Virus record (IMG/VR): IMGVR_UViG_3300030060_005695
DNA length: 64,000 bases
Source: a virus
Direction: 5' to 3' (one strand)
Under the pieces are notes generated by a model. That model was not told where the DNA came from, did no database searches, and saw only the letters and a program-made list of their open reading frames with translations. Numbering within the stretch: position 1 is the stretch's first letter; every line of letters starts with the position of its first letter. This document shows, piece after piece, positions 9,676-18,559 of the stretch. The position numbers and the translations under genes are program-made.

Positions 9676-10131
9676 ATGACACTATACAAACAAATATCAA
9701 TTTTTGGGGATACTTTTAATAGTATTAGAATGCATGAAAATTTTGTTGTTGTAGATTTAAAAATACCTATAGGTTGGGAAGACCAGAAGATTATAACTAG
9801 TAGAGGTAGTAAAATACAAATTAAACCGGGGAATAGTAATGAAACACATAAACTAGTTTCTTTTTTTAGTGTGTTTACGGAAGAAGACTGTAATATTTTA
9901 ATAGAGGAAATAAAAGCTGTTATTAAATGGAATACAGATGTGGAGGAAAAAAATAATCTTTTAGAGTTGAAAATGTTAGAATTAAAAAAAGTATTTGCAG
10001 AAAATCCAGTAGATTCTTTAAGAAAATTAAACTTTGATTTTAATAAAATTAATTTAAATGGAGAAGAACAAAATAGAGGAATGGTTCCGTCGGGAAGTCT
10101 CGAAGGACCAGAAGGAAATCCTACAACATAA
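9676..10131 (+). CDS. Hypothetical protein
   Basis: Coupled ORF. Confidence 0.6.
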   Translation: MTLYKQISIFGDTFNSIRMHENFVVVDLKIPIGWEDQKIITSRGSKIQIKPGNSNETHKLVSFFSVFTEEDCNILIEEIKAVIKWNTDVEEKNNLLELKMLELKKVFAENPVDSLRKLNFDFNKINLNGEEQNRGMVPSGSLEGPEGNPTT

Positions 10132-10267
10132 GAAAAAAATAATAGAGGAAATAAAAAAAACTAGTGTCCAGGAAGTGGTAAATAGATACACCCAAACCAA
10201 AGAAAACTTAGAAAATAAAGAAAATAAAGGGATATGGAACAAAATCAAAAACAGTCTAAAATTCTAG
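10058..10267 (+). CDS. Hypothetical protein
   Basis: ORF overlapping both neighbours. Confidence 0.5.
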   Translation: MEKNKIEEWFRREVSKDQKEILQHKKKIIEEIKKTSVQEVVNRYTQTKENLENKENKGIWNKIKNSLKF

Positions 10268-10467
10268 AAGACTGTGCAACAATTGCTGAAAATTTAAAGT
10301 TAAATCCCTACGTCAATACCACACAAATTAAATTACACATAAAAGGCAGTCAATTTTTAGAAATATTATCAGAAATAGAAGACTACGTTAGAATAAAAGT
10401 AGATAGAAATCAAAATAAACTATCAATAGATATTAATGACGTAGAATTTATTTTTATTAAAGATTAA
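10234..10467 (+). CDS. Hypothetical protein
   Basis: ORF. Confidence 0.55.
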   Translation: MEQNQKQSKILEDCATIAENLKLNPYVNTTQIKLHIKGSQFLEILSEIEDYVRIKVDRNQNKLSIDINDVEFIFIKD

Positions 10468-11099
10468 TAAGTATATTGTTTTCTTAAAAATTCTCGTTTA
10501 TAACCAACAGATTCTAGTAAATTATATAACTGTTTTCTTTGAACAGTACTGTTATCAGTTACAAATAAACAATCATACCGACCATCATTTAAAAACTCTA
10601 ACTCTATTACAGTTAATAATCTAAGAGCGTCTGAAACTGTTTTTAAACTAAAAACATTGAAGTTACTATCTTTTTGAATTATAACTTTATTATTTAGGGT
10701 AAAAACTTGTTTAAATTCTTTATCCTCTAAATAATTTTTCATTAAAGTGACAAAATTAATTTTAGTTTGGGAGGTGTGGTCATATATCTTTTCCTCTTTC
10801 CAGTAAGGTAACATTTTTATAAATCTATAATCAGAATCACCTAGAGTAATCTCTCTTGTCCTACCAACAGAATCTTTAACATATAAACTATCAGTTGTGG
10901 ACTCTTTGGTTACAACGGCAAGTTCAAACATAACTTTTTTACGTGAAATATATTCCATTACGAATTTAGGCTTTTTTTCTTCAATAAATTTAGTATATTT
11001 CTTTAAGATACTTTTTTTACTGTTGGAAGAAAATAAAACTTTATTTCTTTCACCATTTTTAAATAAAACAATTTTATATTTATTTCTATCGTAAACCAT
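10464..11099 (-). CDS. Hypothetical protein
   Basis: 211-aa minus-strand ORF, head-to-head with dnaJ. Confidence 0.65.
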   Translation of the reverse strand: MVYDRNKYKIVLFKNGERNKVLFSSNSKKSILKKYTKFIEEKKPKFVMEYISRKKVMFELAVVTKESTTDSLYVKDSVGRTREITLGDSDYRFIKMLPYWKEEKIYDHTSQTKINFVTLMKNYLEDKEFKQVFTLNNKVIIQKDSNFNVFSLKTVSDALRLLTVIELEFLNDGRYDCLFVTDNSTVQRKQLYNLLESVGYKREFLRKQYTY

Positions 11100-12101
11100 A
11101 TGAATAAAGATTATTACAAAACTCTAAATATCAATAGAAATGCCACTCAAGATGAGATAAAAAAGGCATTTAGGAAATTATCCAAAACTCATCACCCAGA
11201 TAAAGGTGGTGATGAAAATACATTTAAAGAACTATCCGAAGCTTACGATACTTTAGGTGATGGTGGTAAACGTGCGGAGTATGATAATAAATTAAATAAC
11301 CCATTTCATGGTAGACAGGGAGGAGGTCCAAACATGGACGACATATTCAATCAATTTTTTGGTGGGAGACAACAACAAAGACAACAAAAAAAGGGTAGAA
11401 GTTTAAATATACCGTTAACTGTCACCTTAGAAGATGTATTTTTTGGTGAAATTAAAAAATTAAGATATAATAGACAGGTAAATTGTACAACTTGTAGAGG
11501 TAGTGGTGGTAACTCACACCCGTGTAATATGTGTAAGGGAAGGGGGTTTGTAGAAAAAGCCGTAGGTAATGCTTTTTTTAGGCAAATCCAAAGGGAACAA
11601 TGCCCCCAATGTAATGGGTCTGGTAAAATAGTAGTTGAAGCTTGTGGGGGTTGTGGTGGTATAGGCCAAACTAAACAACCCCAAACTGTAGACTTTAGAA
11701 TCCCTGTGGACTTAATGACAGGTCAAGTGTTTACCATTAGAAATCATGGGGATGAAATTGATGGTGGTATTCCAGGTGATTTAAATATACAAGTAGTAAT
11801 TGCAAGACATCCCCACTTTAAAGTTTTAGACAGAGACTTGGTGTATGATGTAGAAATACCAATAATAGACATGTTATTGGGCACAGATTTAGAAATACCA
11901 CATTTTAGTGGGCCTCTAAAAGCAAAAATACCACCACTTAGTAAAGTTACCGAAAGTTTTAATGTAAGGGGGAAAGGAATGAATTCTCAGAGAGGTAAGG
12001 GAGACTTAATAATTAAACCACAAGTTAAAATACCTAATTCATTAACAAAAGAGGAAGAAGAGTTACTAATGAATTTAAAAACAAAAGAAAATTTTAGTTA
12101 G
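11100..12101 (+). CDS. dnaJ: DnaJ chaperone
   Basis: J domain with HPD, G/F region, four CxxCxGxG repeats, C-terminal domain. Confidence 0.95.
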   Translation: MNKDYYKTLNINRNATQDEIKKAFRKLSKTHHPDKGGDENTFKELSEAYDTLGDGGKRAEYDNKLNNPFHGRQGGGPNMDDIFNQFFGGRQQQRQQKKGRSLNIPLTVTLEDVFFGEIKKLRYNRQVNCTTCRGSGGNSHPCNMCKGRGFVEKAVGNAFFRQIQREQCPQCNGSGKIVVEACGGCGGIGQTKQPQTVDFRIPVDLMTGQVFTIRNHGDEIDGGIPGDLNIQVVIARHPHFKVLDRDLVYDVEIPIIDMLLGTDLEIPHFSGPLKAKIPPLSKVTESFNVRGKGMNSQRGKGDLIIKPQVKIPNSLTKEEEELLMNLKTKENFS

Positions 12102-12334
12102 AAGAATGAAACTATAAATCTAATTATAGTGAAGTAACCAATTATCAAAGGAATCCAAGCAAATAGAATTATAACCAAACGTTCCCACATCCTAAGTTTA
12201 CCCATTGAAGAGTCCCAAGTCTTCTCTAAGATTTGTTTTTTTCTAGCTTCGGTGTCAAAATTAACATTTGCACCCATCTTATTTAACTGTTTTAAATATT
12301 TAGAAGTTTTTTCTTTACAATTTTTACAAGCCAT
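12098..12334 (-). CDS. Small membrane protein starting MACKNCK
   Basis: ATG at 12334 with minus-strand TATTTAT at 12351-12357; C-terminal TM helix. Confidence 0.55.
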   Translation of the reverse strand: MACKNCKEKTSKYLKQLNKMGANVNFDTEARKKQILEKTWDSSMGKLRMWERLVIILFAWIPLIIGYFTIIRFIVSFF

Positions 12335-12417
12335 TTGTTTTTCTTTAAACATAAATATTAAGATTTGACAAGTAAATAAAACTTGAAAACACCAACAAAA
12401 TATCTTATTATTAAACC

Positions 12418-13593
12418 ATGGGAGAACAAACAACAATATTTGATATTATAGAAAATGAAGAGATTTTTGACTTTGAAGGTCAAAAACAAAACTTAATAGA
12501 CAATCTTGATATGCTTAAAGAAATGTCTGTAGAAGAACAAACACTTTATAAAAAGTGGCAAGAAATGAATAAGGGTGGTAAAATGTCTAAGGTAAAGAAA
12601 AAGTTAGCCACATACCAAAACAATTTATGGGCACCAACTGACATTACTAATCTAGAAAAAACCATTAAAGAAATAGAGTCACTAGAACCTTATGTGGAAA
12701 TGGCAACACCAGGAAAGGGTGTTACTGAGTGGGTAAACTATCGTAAACTTATCCATACAATGGAATGGGTTGCAAATCCAGGACGAAACATGAAATTCTG
12801 GGTTAGAGATAGAAAAACTAATAAAGTCCTTGGTTTGATATGTTTAGGGTCTGATGTTACTAGTATTAAAGTTAGAGATGCCTACATAGGTTGGGATAAA
12901 ACAAACAAATTCGACCAACATAAATTAAATAATACCGCTATAGCAACAACTATATGCTCCACCCAACCAGGTGGTTATAATATGTTAATGGGTAAGTTAG
13001 TCGCAGCATTAACTACTTGTAAAGTTATTAGAGATGCTTGGGAAGAAAAATATGGTGATAAACTAATCGCTGTGGGAACAACCTCTTTATATGGAATTAA
13101 CTCAATGTATAATGGAATGCCACATTTTAAAACAATGGGTGAAACATCTGGTAAGGTGAGATTAAAACCAGATGATAGTGCTTACCTACCTTGGAACAAA
13201 TGGTTGAAAGATAACCATCCAGAAGAACATAAGAAAGCTATAAGTGCTACAGGACCTAAACAGAACATTCTTAACAAGGTTTTTAAACATTGTGGTATAA
13301 AGGGTTCAGATTATGACCACGGATTCAAGAGAGGGGTCTATCTTGCAATGATGTATGATAATGGTTCTGAGTTTTTAAGGGGAGAGATAGAAGAGAAAGA
13401 CCTAAAAATGAAGAAAAAATTCCAAGACGACATTCCATATACAGATAAGTGGTGGAAAAAGAAAGCAATTAGGAGATATAAAAATATGCACGAACAAGAT
13501 AGAATTAAACCAGAACAATTATTTTATTGGGATGTTATTGATTTATCATGGGAAGACACAAAAGAAAAATATATAAAAGAAGTAGGGAGATAA
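12418..13593 (+). CDS. DUF4338 / Druantia DruA-like protein
   Basis: PGRNMKFWV, LGLICLGS, RDAYIGW, YNMLMGKLVAAL, TTSLYG..SMYN motifs. Confidence 0.7.
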   Translation: MGEQTTIFDIIENEEIFDFEGQKQNLIDNLDMLKEMSVEEQTLYKKWQEMNKGGKMSKVKKKLATYQNNLWAPTDITNLEKTIKEIESLEPYVEMATPGKGVTEWVNYRKLIHTMEWVANPGRNMKFWVRDRKTNKVLGLICLGSDVTSIKVRDAYIGWDKTNKFDQHKLNNTAIATTICSTQPGGYNMLMGKLVAALTTCKVIRDAWEEKYGDKLIAVGTTSLYGINSMYNGMPHFKTMGETSGKVRLKPDDSAYLPWNKWLKDNHPEEHKKAISATGPKQNILNKVFKHCGIKGSDYDHGFKRGVYLAMMYDNGSEFLRGEIEEKDLKMKKKFQDDIPYTDKWWKKKAIRRYKNMHEQDRIKPEQLFYWDVIDLSWEDTKEKYIKEVGR

Positions 13594-13594
13594 G

Positions 13595-13789
13595 ATGAAC
13601 GACACAACATTATTAATAGCATTATTTATTTTAGAAGTAGTAGCCTTCGGATGGTTAATTTGGGAGGCAAAGGTAGGAAGAGAAAAAAGAGAACAAATAA
13701 TCCAACTAGAGAATCAAATACTAAAACTAGAAAGAGTTATAATAGCAATGGAAAAAACAATAATTAAAAAAATAGATAAAAAGAAATAA
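13595..13789 (+). CDS. Small membrane-anchored coiled-coil protein
   Basis: N-terminal TM helix. Confidence 0.55.
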   Translation: MNDTTLLIALFILEVVAFGWLIWEAKVGREKREQIIQLENQILKLERVIIAMEKTIIKKIDKKK

Positions 13790-13790
13790 A

Positions 13791-14351
13791 ATGGAAGAAA
13801 TATTAATTTACACACAACATTACGCAAATAGTATAACCGAAGTTTATTTAACAGAAGATAAAAAAACAGTAATCCAAAAAAAATGTCTATATTCTTCATG
13901 TGGTGAATATAGATATGATATAGATGAATACTTGGAGAAAAAAATGGTAGGGTATAGACAAATTAGAAAACAAGTTAATAAAGTTAATTATATTATAGAT
14001 ATTGACGGGACTATTTGTGATGACATTCCAAATGAACAATTTGAAAGAATGTCTACAGCAAAACCATACCATAATTCGATAGAAACAATTAATAAATGGT
14101 ATGAAGAAGGTAATATAATCACATTTTTTACATCGAGAAAAGAAGAACATAGAGAAATTACTGAACAATGGTTAAGAGACAATGAAGTAAGATGGCATTA
14201 TATAATTTTTGGTAAACCAAGAATCCACGAAGACGTTACAGAGTATCATTACATAGACAACCATAAAGTTAGAGCTACTAGGTATAAAAAAGATAGTGTG
14301 TGGGGCGATTTAGTAAGTACAACAAAAGAAATAAAAGTTTTTCCAAAATAA
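13791..14351 (+). CDS. HAD-superfamily phosphatase with N-terminal extension
   Basis: DIDGT motif I, FTSR motif II, GKP and IDN motifs. Confidence 0.8.
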   Translation: MEEILIYTQHYANSITEVYLTEDKKTVIQKKCLYSSCGEYRYDIDEYLEKKMVGYRQIRKQVNKVNYIIDIDGTICDDIPNEQFERMSTAKPYHNSIETINKWYEEGNIITFFTSRKEEHREITEQWLRDNEVRWHYIIFGKPRIHEDVTEYHYIDNHKVRATRYKKDSVWGDLVSTTKEIKVFPK

Positions 14352-14387
14352 TACACTAAAATAATAAAAAAGTCGTATATTTGTAGT

Positions 14388-14636
14388 ATGAAAGAAAGAA
14401 ACGCATCAAACTGGGATACAATGGATTTTCAAGACTGGGTAGAAAGAAATATACACCTTCTTTTATCCGGTAAACAATTAGAATTATTTATGAAAAATAA
14501 TTTTGGGTATGATGACCTAAAACTTTTTGGTAAAATAAAAGAAGCTGAAAATCTAAAAAGTGTGTACCAATCTAGTATGTTTGATAAGACAATTACTTAT
14601 AGTGGTAATTTACAATGGATGAGTATTAATTTTTAA
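14388..14636 (+). CDS. Hypothetical protein
   Basis: ORF; TATATTTG at 14376-14383. Confidence 0.55.
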   Translation: MKERNASNWDTMDFQDWVERNIHLLLSGKQLELFMKNNFGYDDLKLFGKIKEAENLKSVYQSSMFDKTITYSGNLQWMSINF

Positions 14637-14649
14637 AAAATAAAATAAA

Positions 14650-14934
14650 ATGGGTGGAAGTACAACAATGGAAAAAAGAGGTCACCACATCTGTAAGATG
14701 GTGAACTATGAGGTTAGACAAAAAATTACAAGAGAAACCTCGAAGAGAATAGGGGGTAAAATAGTAAAAACTCCAGGTAATGTAGAAGTTATGATTTACA
14801 AGACTAAAAGTAAGATAGAGGGGGGGATGAAAGATATAAAGGTCGCTGCACAAAAAATCTATGATATACTTAAAAAAGAGGGTAAAACAACAAACATAGA
14901 CAAAAGAATAGTTAAAAAATACAACTTGGTTTAG
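14650..14934 (+). CDS. Basic hypothetical protein
   Basis: ORF. Confidence 0.6.
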   Translation: MGGSTTMEKRGHHICKMVNYEVRQKITRETSKRIGGKIVKTPGNVEVMIYKTKSKIEGGMKDIKVAAQKIYDILKKEGKTTNIDKRIVKKYNLV

Positions 14935-14945
14935 TATTTATGTAT

Positions 14946-15269
14946 ATGGAAGTTGATATACAAATCTATTTACAAAAACTTAAAGAGTTCTTTAAAACTG
15001 ATAAAGAAGCATTTAGAGATATGTTTGGTTATGGTAAAATAGATATTGATGAGTTTTACAAAATGGTCGCTAAAAAAGCGACCATTAACTTTAAAAAGAA
15101 TGGTGACCCTATGTTAAGTTCTACAGAAATGTTAGAAATAGTTACTGATTTAGCAATACAAGATATAACCCAAGAAATAAATGTGGGTGAATTTGTAAAA
15201 CGTCAACAAGAAATAGAAAAATTATTCGTAAATATTAAAGACGGTTTCCCACCTTTTTGTCTTAATTAA
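14946..15269 (+). CDS. Hypothetical protein
   Basis: ORF; TATTTAT at 14935-14941 favours ATG 14946. Confidence 0.6.
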   Translation: MEVDIQIYLQKLKEFFKTDKEAFRDMFGYGKIDIDEFYKMVAKKATINFKKNGDPMLSSTEMLEIVTDLAIQDITQEINVGEFVKRQQEIEKLFVNIKDGFPPFCLN

Positions 15270-15319
15270 AATCACCCAGTACATATTGACTATATTTTTA
15301 ACTTTGTTTAAATTTTACT

Positions 15320-15658
15320 ATGTCTAAAGATATTACAAATACTGAAAGAATAGCGAACGAATTACTATTAGAAAAATATAGACCACTAATGGTGGTAAAA
15401 CTATCCAAACCAACTACACTAAGAATAGGAGATTTAGAAAAATTTGCTTTAGATTTAAGTGATAAGAGTGGTTATGAGGTATTACTTTTTCCCGACGAAG
15501 AAGACACCGATATTAAAATAGTAAGTGTTTGTGACAGCGAGTTTAAAGATATTGAAGAACTTAAAAATTACATCTATAAAAGATATGAAACTACATTATT
15601 AAGTAATTCTCAATACACAAAAGTAAAAGATTATATAAAAAAAGATAAAAATGAGTAA
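15320..15658 (+). CDS. Hypothetical protein
   Basis: ORF. Confidence 0.55.
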   Translation: MSKDITNTERIANELLLEKYRPLMVVKLSKPTTLRIGDLEKFALDLSDKSGYEVLLFPDEEDTDIKIVSVCDSEFKDIEELKNYIYKRYETTLLSNSQYTKVKDYIKKDKNE

Positions 15659-15911
15659 GTACCCTACAAACGAAGAAATAATAGAATTTAATCGTAAACA
15701 ATCAGAAAAGGTAAATCACCCAAATCACTACGGTGGGAAAGATAACCCATATGAAGCTATTAAAGTTATTGAAGCGTGGGACTTAGGATTTAACTTAGGT
15801 AACACAGTAAAATATATTTCTAGGGCAGGTAAAAAAATTAATACATTGGAAGACTTGGAAAAAGCAAGTTGGTATATAAACAGAGAAATTAATAAATTAA
15901 AAAAAAATTAA
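15651..15911 (+). CDS. DUF3310 protein (T7 gp1.7-like nucleotide kinase family)
   Basis: VNHPNHY...EAIKVIE...FNLGNTVKYISRAGKK...EDLEKASWY. Confidence 0.85.
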   Translation: MSKYPTNEEIIEFNRKQSEKVNHPNHYGGKDNPYEAIKVIEAWDLGFNLGNTVKYISRAGKKINTLEDLEKASWYINREINKLKKN

Positions 15912-15914
15912 AAA

Positions 15915-16346
15915 ATGGCAGAAGTACTAATTAATGACAAAGTAAAGACCCACGAAGAGGGCAAACACACTTACATAGGAAAGTATAAAGGAAAAGATTT
16001 TAAAGTGAGTATGGTAGATATGAATGACGAAAGAGAACTGGTCTACATGGAAGGTGAAGAAAATTTCAATGATGAAGACAAAGATGTAATTTTTGAACAA
16101 TTAGATGATATGTCTTATGTTGATACATTAGAAGAGGCTGGTGATGATAAAGTTTATGTTGAAAATAATTACGAAACTTGGTTCGCGTTTAAGTTTGAAG
16201 CTTATGGTTCTTATGGTGAACACAAGTTTATAGTAGAAGAGTATAGTGACGAACACGGTGGTGACGCTACATTTCTAGAAGGTGAGGAAAATTTTAATGA
16301 GGAAGAACAGGAATTGATATACGAAGCTGTTAATGAATATATGTAA
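15915..16346 (+). CDS. Highly acidic protein with internal duplication
   Basis: YMEGEENFNDEDKDVIFE and FLEGEENFNEEEQELIYE. Confidence 0.65.
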   Translation: MAEVLINDKVKTHEEGKHTYIGKYKGKDFKVSMVDMNDERELVYMEGEENFNDEDKDVIFEQLDDMSYVDTLEEAGDDKVYVENNYETWFAFKFEAYGSYGEHKFIVEEYSDEHGGDATFLEGEENFNEEEQELIYEAVNEYM

Positions 16347-16360
16347 TAAAAAATTAAAAA

Positions 16361-16789
16361 ATGAAAGGTAAAATTAATACAGATAAAGGAACTATGGTGG
16401 TAGAGTTCTACGAAAAAGACGCACCAAACACAGTAAACAATTTTGTTAAATTAGCAAAAGAAGGTTTCTATAAAGACCTTAATTTTCACAGAGTTATTCC
16501 AGGATTCGTAGCACAAGGAGGATGCCCAAATGGAAGAGGTGACGGAGGACCAGGATATAAGATTGATTGTGAGTTAAACGGAGAAAATCAATTTCACGAT
16601 AGAGGAGTTCTATCAATGGCACACGCTGGTAGAAATACAGGTGGTTCACAATTTTTTATTGTACATACCAGAAACGCTACACAACATTTAGACCGTAATC
16701 ATACATGTTTCGGGAAAGTAGTTGAAGGGCTAGACGTTATAGAAAAAATACAACAAGGAGACAAATTTAACGTAGAAATAGAAGACTAA
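16361..16789 (+). CDS. Cyclophilin-type peptidyl-prolyl isomerase
   Basis: [33 protein letters not shown]. Confidence 0.95.
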   Translation: MKGKINTDKGTMVVEFYEKDAPNTVNNFVKLAKEGFYKDLNFHRVIPGFVAQGGCPNGRGDGGPGYKIDCELNGENQFHDRGVLSMAHAGRNTGGSQFFIVHTRNATQHLDRNHTCFGKVVEGLDVIEKIQQGDKFNVEIED

Positions 16790-17685
16790 TGAAGAATAGA
16801 TTATCCCAATATGTAGGTAACACACCCCTTATTCCCATAAGGATTGGTAGATACACAGTATGGGGTAAGGCAGAATTTATGAATCCATCCGGTTCTGTAA
16901 AAGATAGGATGGCAACTTTTATAATTAACAACGCAGAAAAAAACGGTCTTTTAAGTCCAGGTGATACTATGTGTGAAGCTACTAGTGGTAATAGTGGGAT
17001 AGCATTTGCTATGTTAGCAGCAGAAAGAGGGTATAAGATGGTAATAGTAATGCCATCCAACATGTCTGAAGAAAGAAAAAAAATGTTTGAGTATTATGGG
17101 GCAGAATTAATTGAGGCACCTGAAGGAGACTTTGATGAAGCTATTAGGATGAGAGATGAACTATGTTACGTTAACGAATGGTTTAATTGTAATCAGTTCG
17201 CCAACCCACTAAATGTCCAAGCACACTACCAAACTACAGGTCCTGAGTTCTACAATCAATACAAAGAAATTAAAGGTGAAAAATCATCACCAGCAGTTTT
17301 TGTAGCTGGAACCGGGACTGGTGGTACTTTAATGGGTACTGATAAATTTTTAAAAGAAATGTGGCCTAAAATAAAATCAGTAGCTATTGAACCAGCAGAA
17401 AGTGCGGTAATGTCGGGTTTTGAACCTGGGTTACATGGAATACAAGGTATTGGGGACGGAAGTAAATTTTTAGTAAATTTAGATGTTGTTTCAGAAGTAA
17501 GAATAGTAAGTACAGAATGTGCTAAAGCATGTGCTAGACACTTAGCTAAAAATTATGGATTATTTGTTGGGATAAGTGCAGCAGCAAATGTATTTGCATC
17601 ATTCCAGTGGTTAAGAGATAATGATAAAACAGAAGCTATAACGATATTATGTGATAGAGGAGAAAGGTATTTTAGTTGTATGTAA
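16789..17685 (+). CDS. cysK: PLP-dependent cysteine synthase (CysK/CysM family)
   Basis: NPSGSVKDR (PLP lysine), EATSGNSG, GTGTGGT, HGIQGIG. Confidence 0.9.
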   Translation: MKNRLSQYVGNTPLIPIRIGRYTVWGKAEFMNPSGSVKDRMATFIINNAEKNGLLSPGDTMCEATSGNSGIAFAMLAAERGYKMVIVMPSNMSEERKKMFEYYGAELIEAPEGDFDEAIRMRDELCYVNEWFNCNQFANPLNVQAHYQTTGPEFYNQYKEIKGEKSSPAVFVAGTGTGGTLMGTDKFLKEMWPKIKSVAIEPAESAVMSGFEPGLHGIQGIGDGSKFLVNLDVVSEVRIVSTECAKACARHLAKNYGLFVGISAAANVFASFQWLRDNDKTEAITILCDRGERYFSCM

Positions 17686-17748
17686 ATAACTAGAGTTTAT
17701 TTATAGAGTAAGTCGTTTATGATTATATTTATTGTAAACGACTTTTTT

Positions 17749-18534
17749 ATGCGTATAATAATCACAGAAAACCAATATACTAAACTTGTAGAACAAGTTG
17801 GTGTTAGTTGTGTACCTACTGGAGAAACAGAATTTAACGAGGTAGATGTCTCTTTTTATGACATGGTAAGAAATGGTAGTATATTAAATTATGGTGATTA
17901 TGATTTAGATAAAACACACCCAATATACGTTATTCAAAAAAAATTAGGTATAAGTAGAGATGGTTATTATGGTAAAGACATGTTGAAAGCATTATCTACT
18001 AAATTAAACATAGATTTATGTAAACAAATAAATAACAATATTCCATTAGGACCTAACGGTTTAAAAAAATTAGGACTTTATGTGAACATTCCTAAAGATG
18101 ATGAAGATTATATTTTAGCTTCTACTTTAGTTGGTGAAAATCAAAGAGCTGGAACAAAAGAACTAAATGCGATACTATCCACAATAAAAAACCGAGCAGA
18201 TAAATGCGGATATAGTATGAAAGACTCTGTATTAAAAGGAAAACAATACTCTACTTGGAACTACTTTAATAGATTAGATAATGAAGGTAAGTTTGAGGAG
18301 TTACACAATAGGATAACTAACCAAAAAGTAAAAGGTTTTGATAAAATGTTAAAAATAGTTGAAGGCTTTGGTGATGGGGATGTTATTAAAGTTAATCACT
18401 ACGTTAACCCTAGTATAGTAGATTTAAGTACGGGTAGTACTAGAACTATCGCTAAATCTTACAATAACAATAAAAAGTCAGCTAAGAAAATAGGTGACCA
18501 TATATTTTGGTGGGATAAAAGACATCCGTGTTAA
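17749..18534 (+). CDS. SleB/Hydrolase_2-like cell-wall hydrolase with N-terminal MRIIITENQYTKLVEQ tag
   Basis: LASTLVGE, IKNR, QYSTWN, HYVNP, IGDHIFW; TATTTAT at 17726-17732. Confidence 0.7.
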   Translation: MRIIITENQYTKLVEQVGVSCVPTGETEFNEVDVSFYDMVRNGSILNYGDYDLDKTHPIYVIQKKLGISRDGYYGKDMLKALSTKLNIDLCKQINNNIPLGPNGLKKLGLYVNIPKDDEDYILASTLVGENQRAGTKELNAILSTIKNRADKCGYSMKDSVLKGKQYSTWNYFNRLDNEGKFEELHNRITNQKVKGFDKMLKIVEGFGDGDVIKVNHYVNPSIVDLSTGSTRTIAKSYNNNKKSAKKIGDHIFWWDKRHPC

Positions 18535-18559
18535 TCAAATAAGTAGATATTTATATAAT

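Noticed and set aside
10058-10267. Long gene overlaps as programmed frameshifting
   Set aside because: Each ORF has its own ATG and no clear slippery site with downstream structure was seen.
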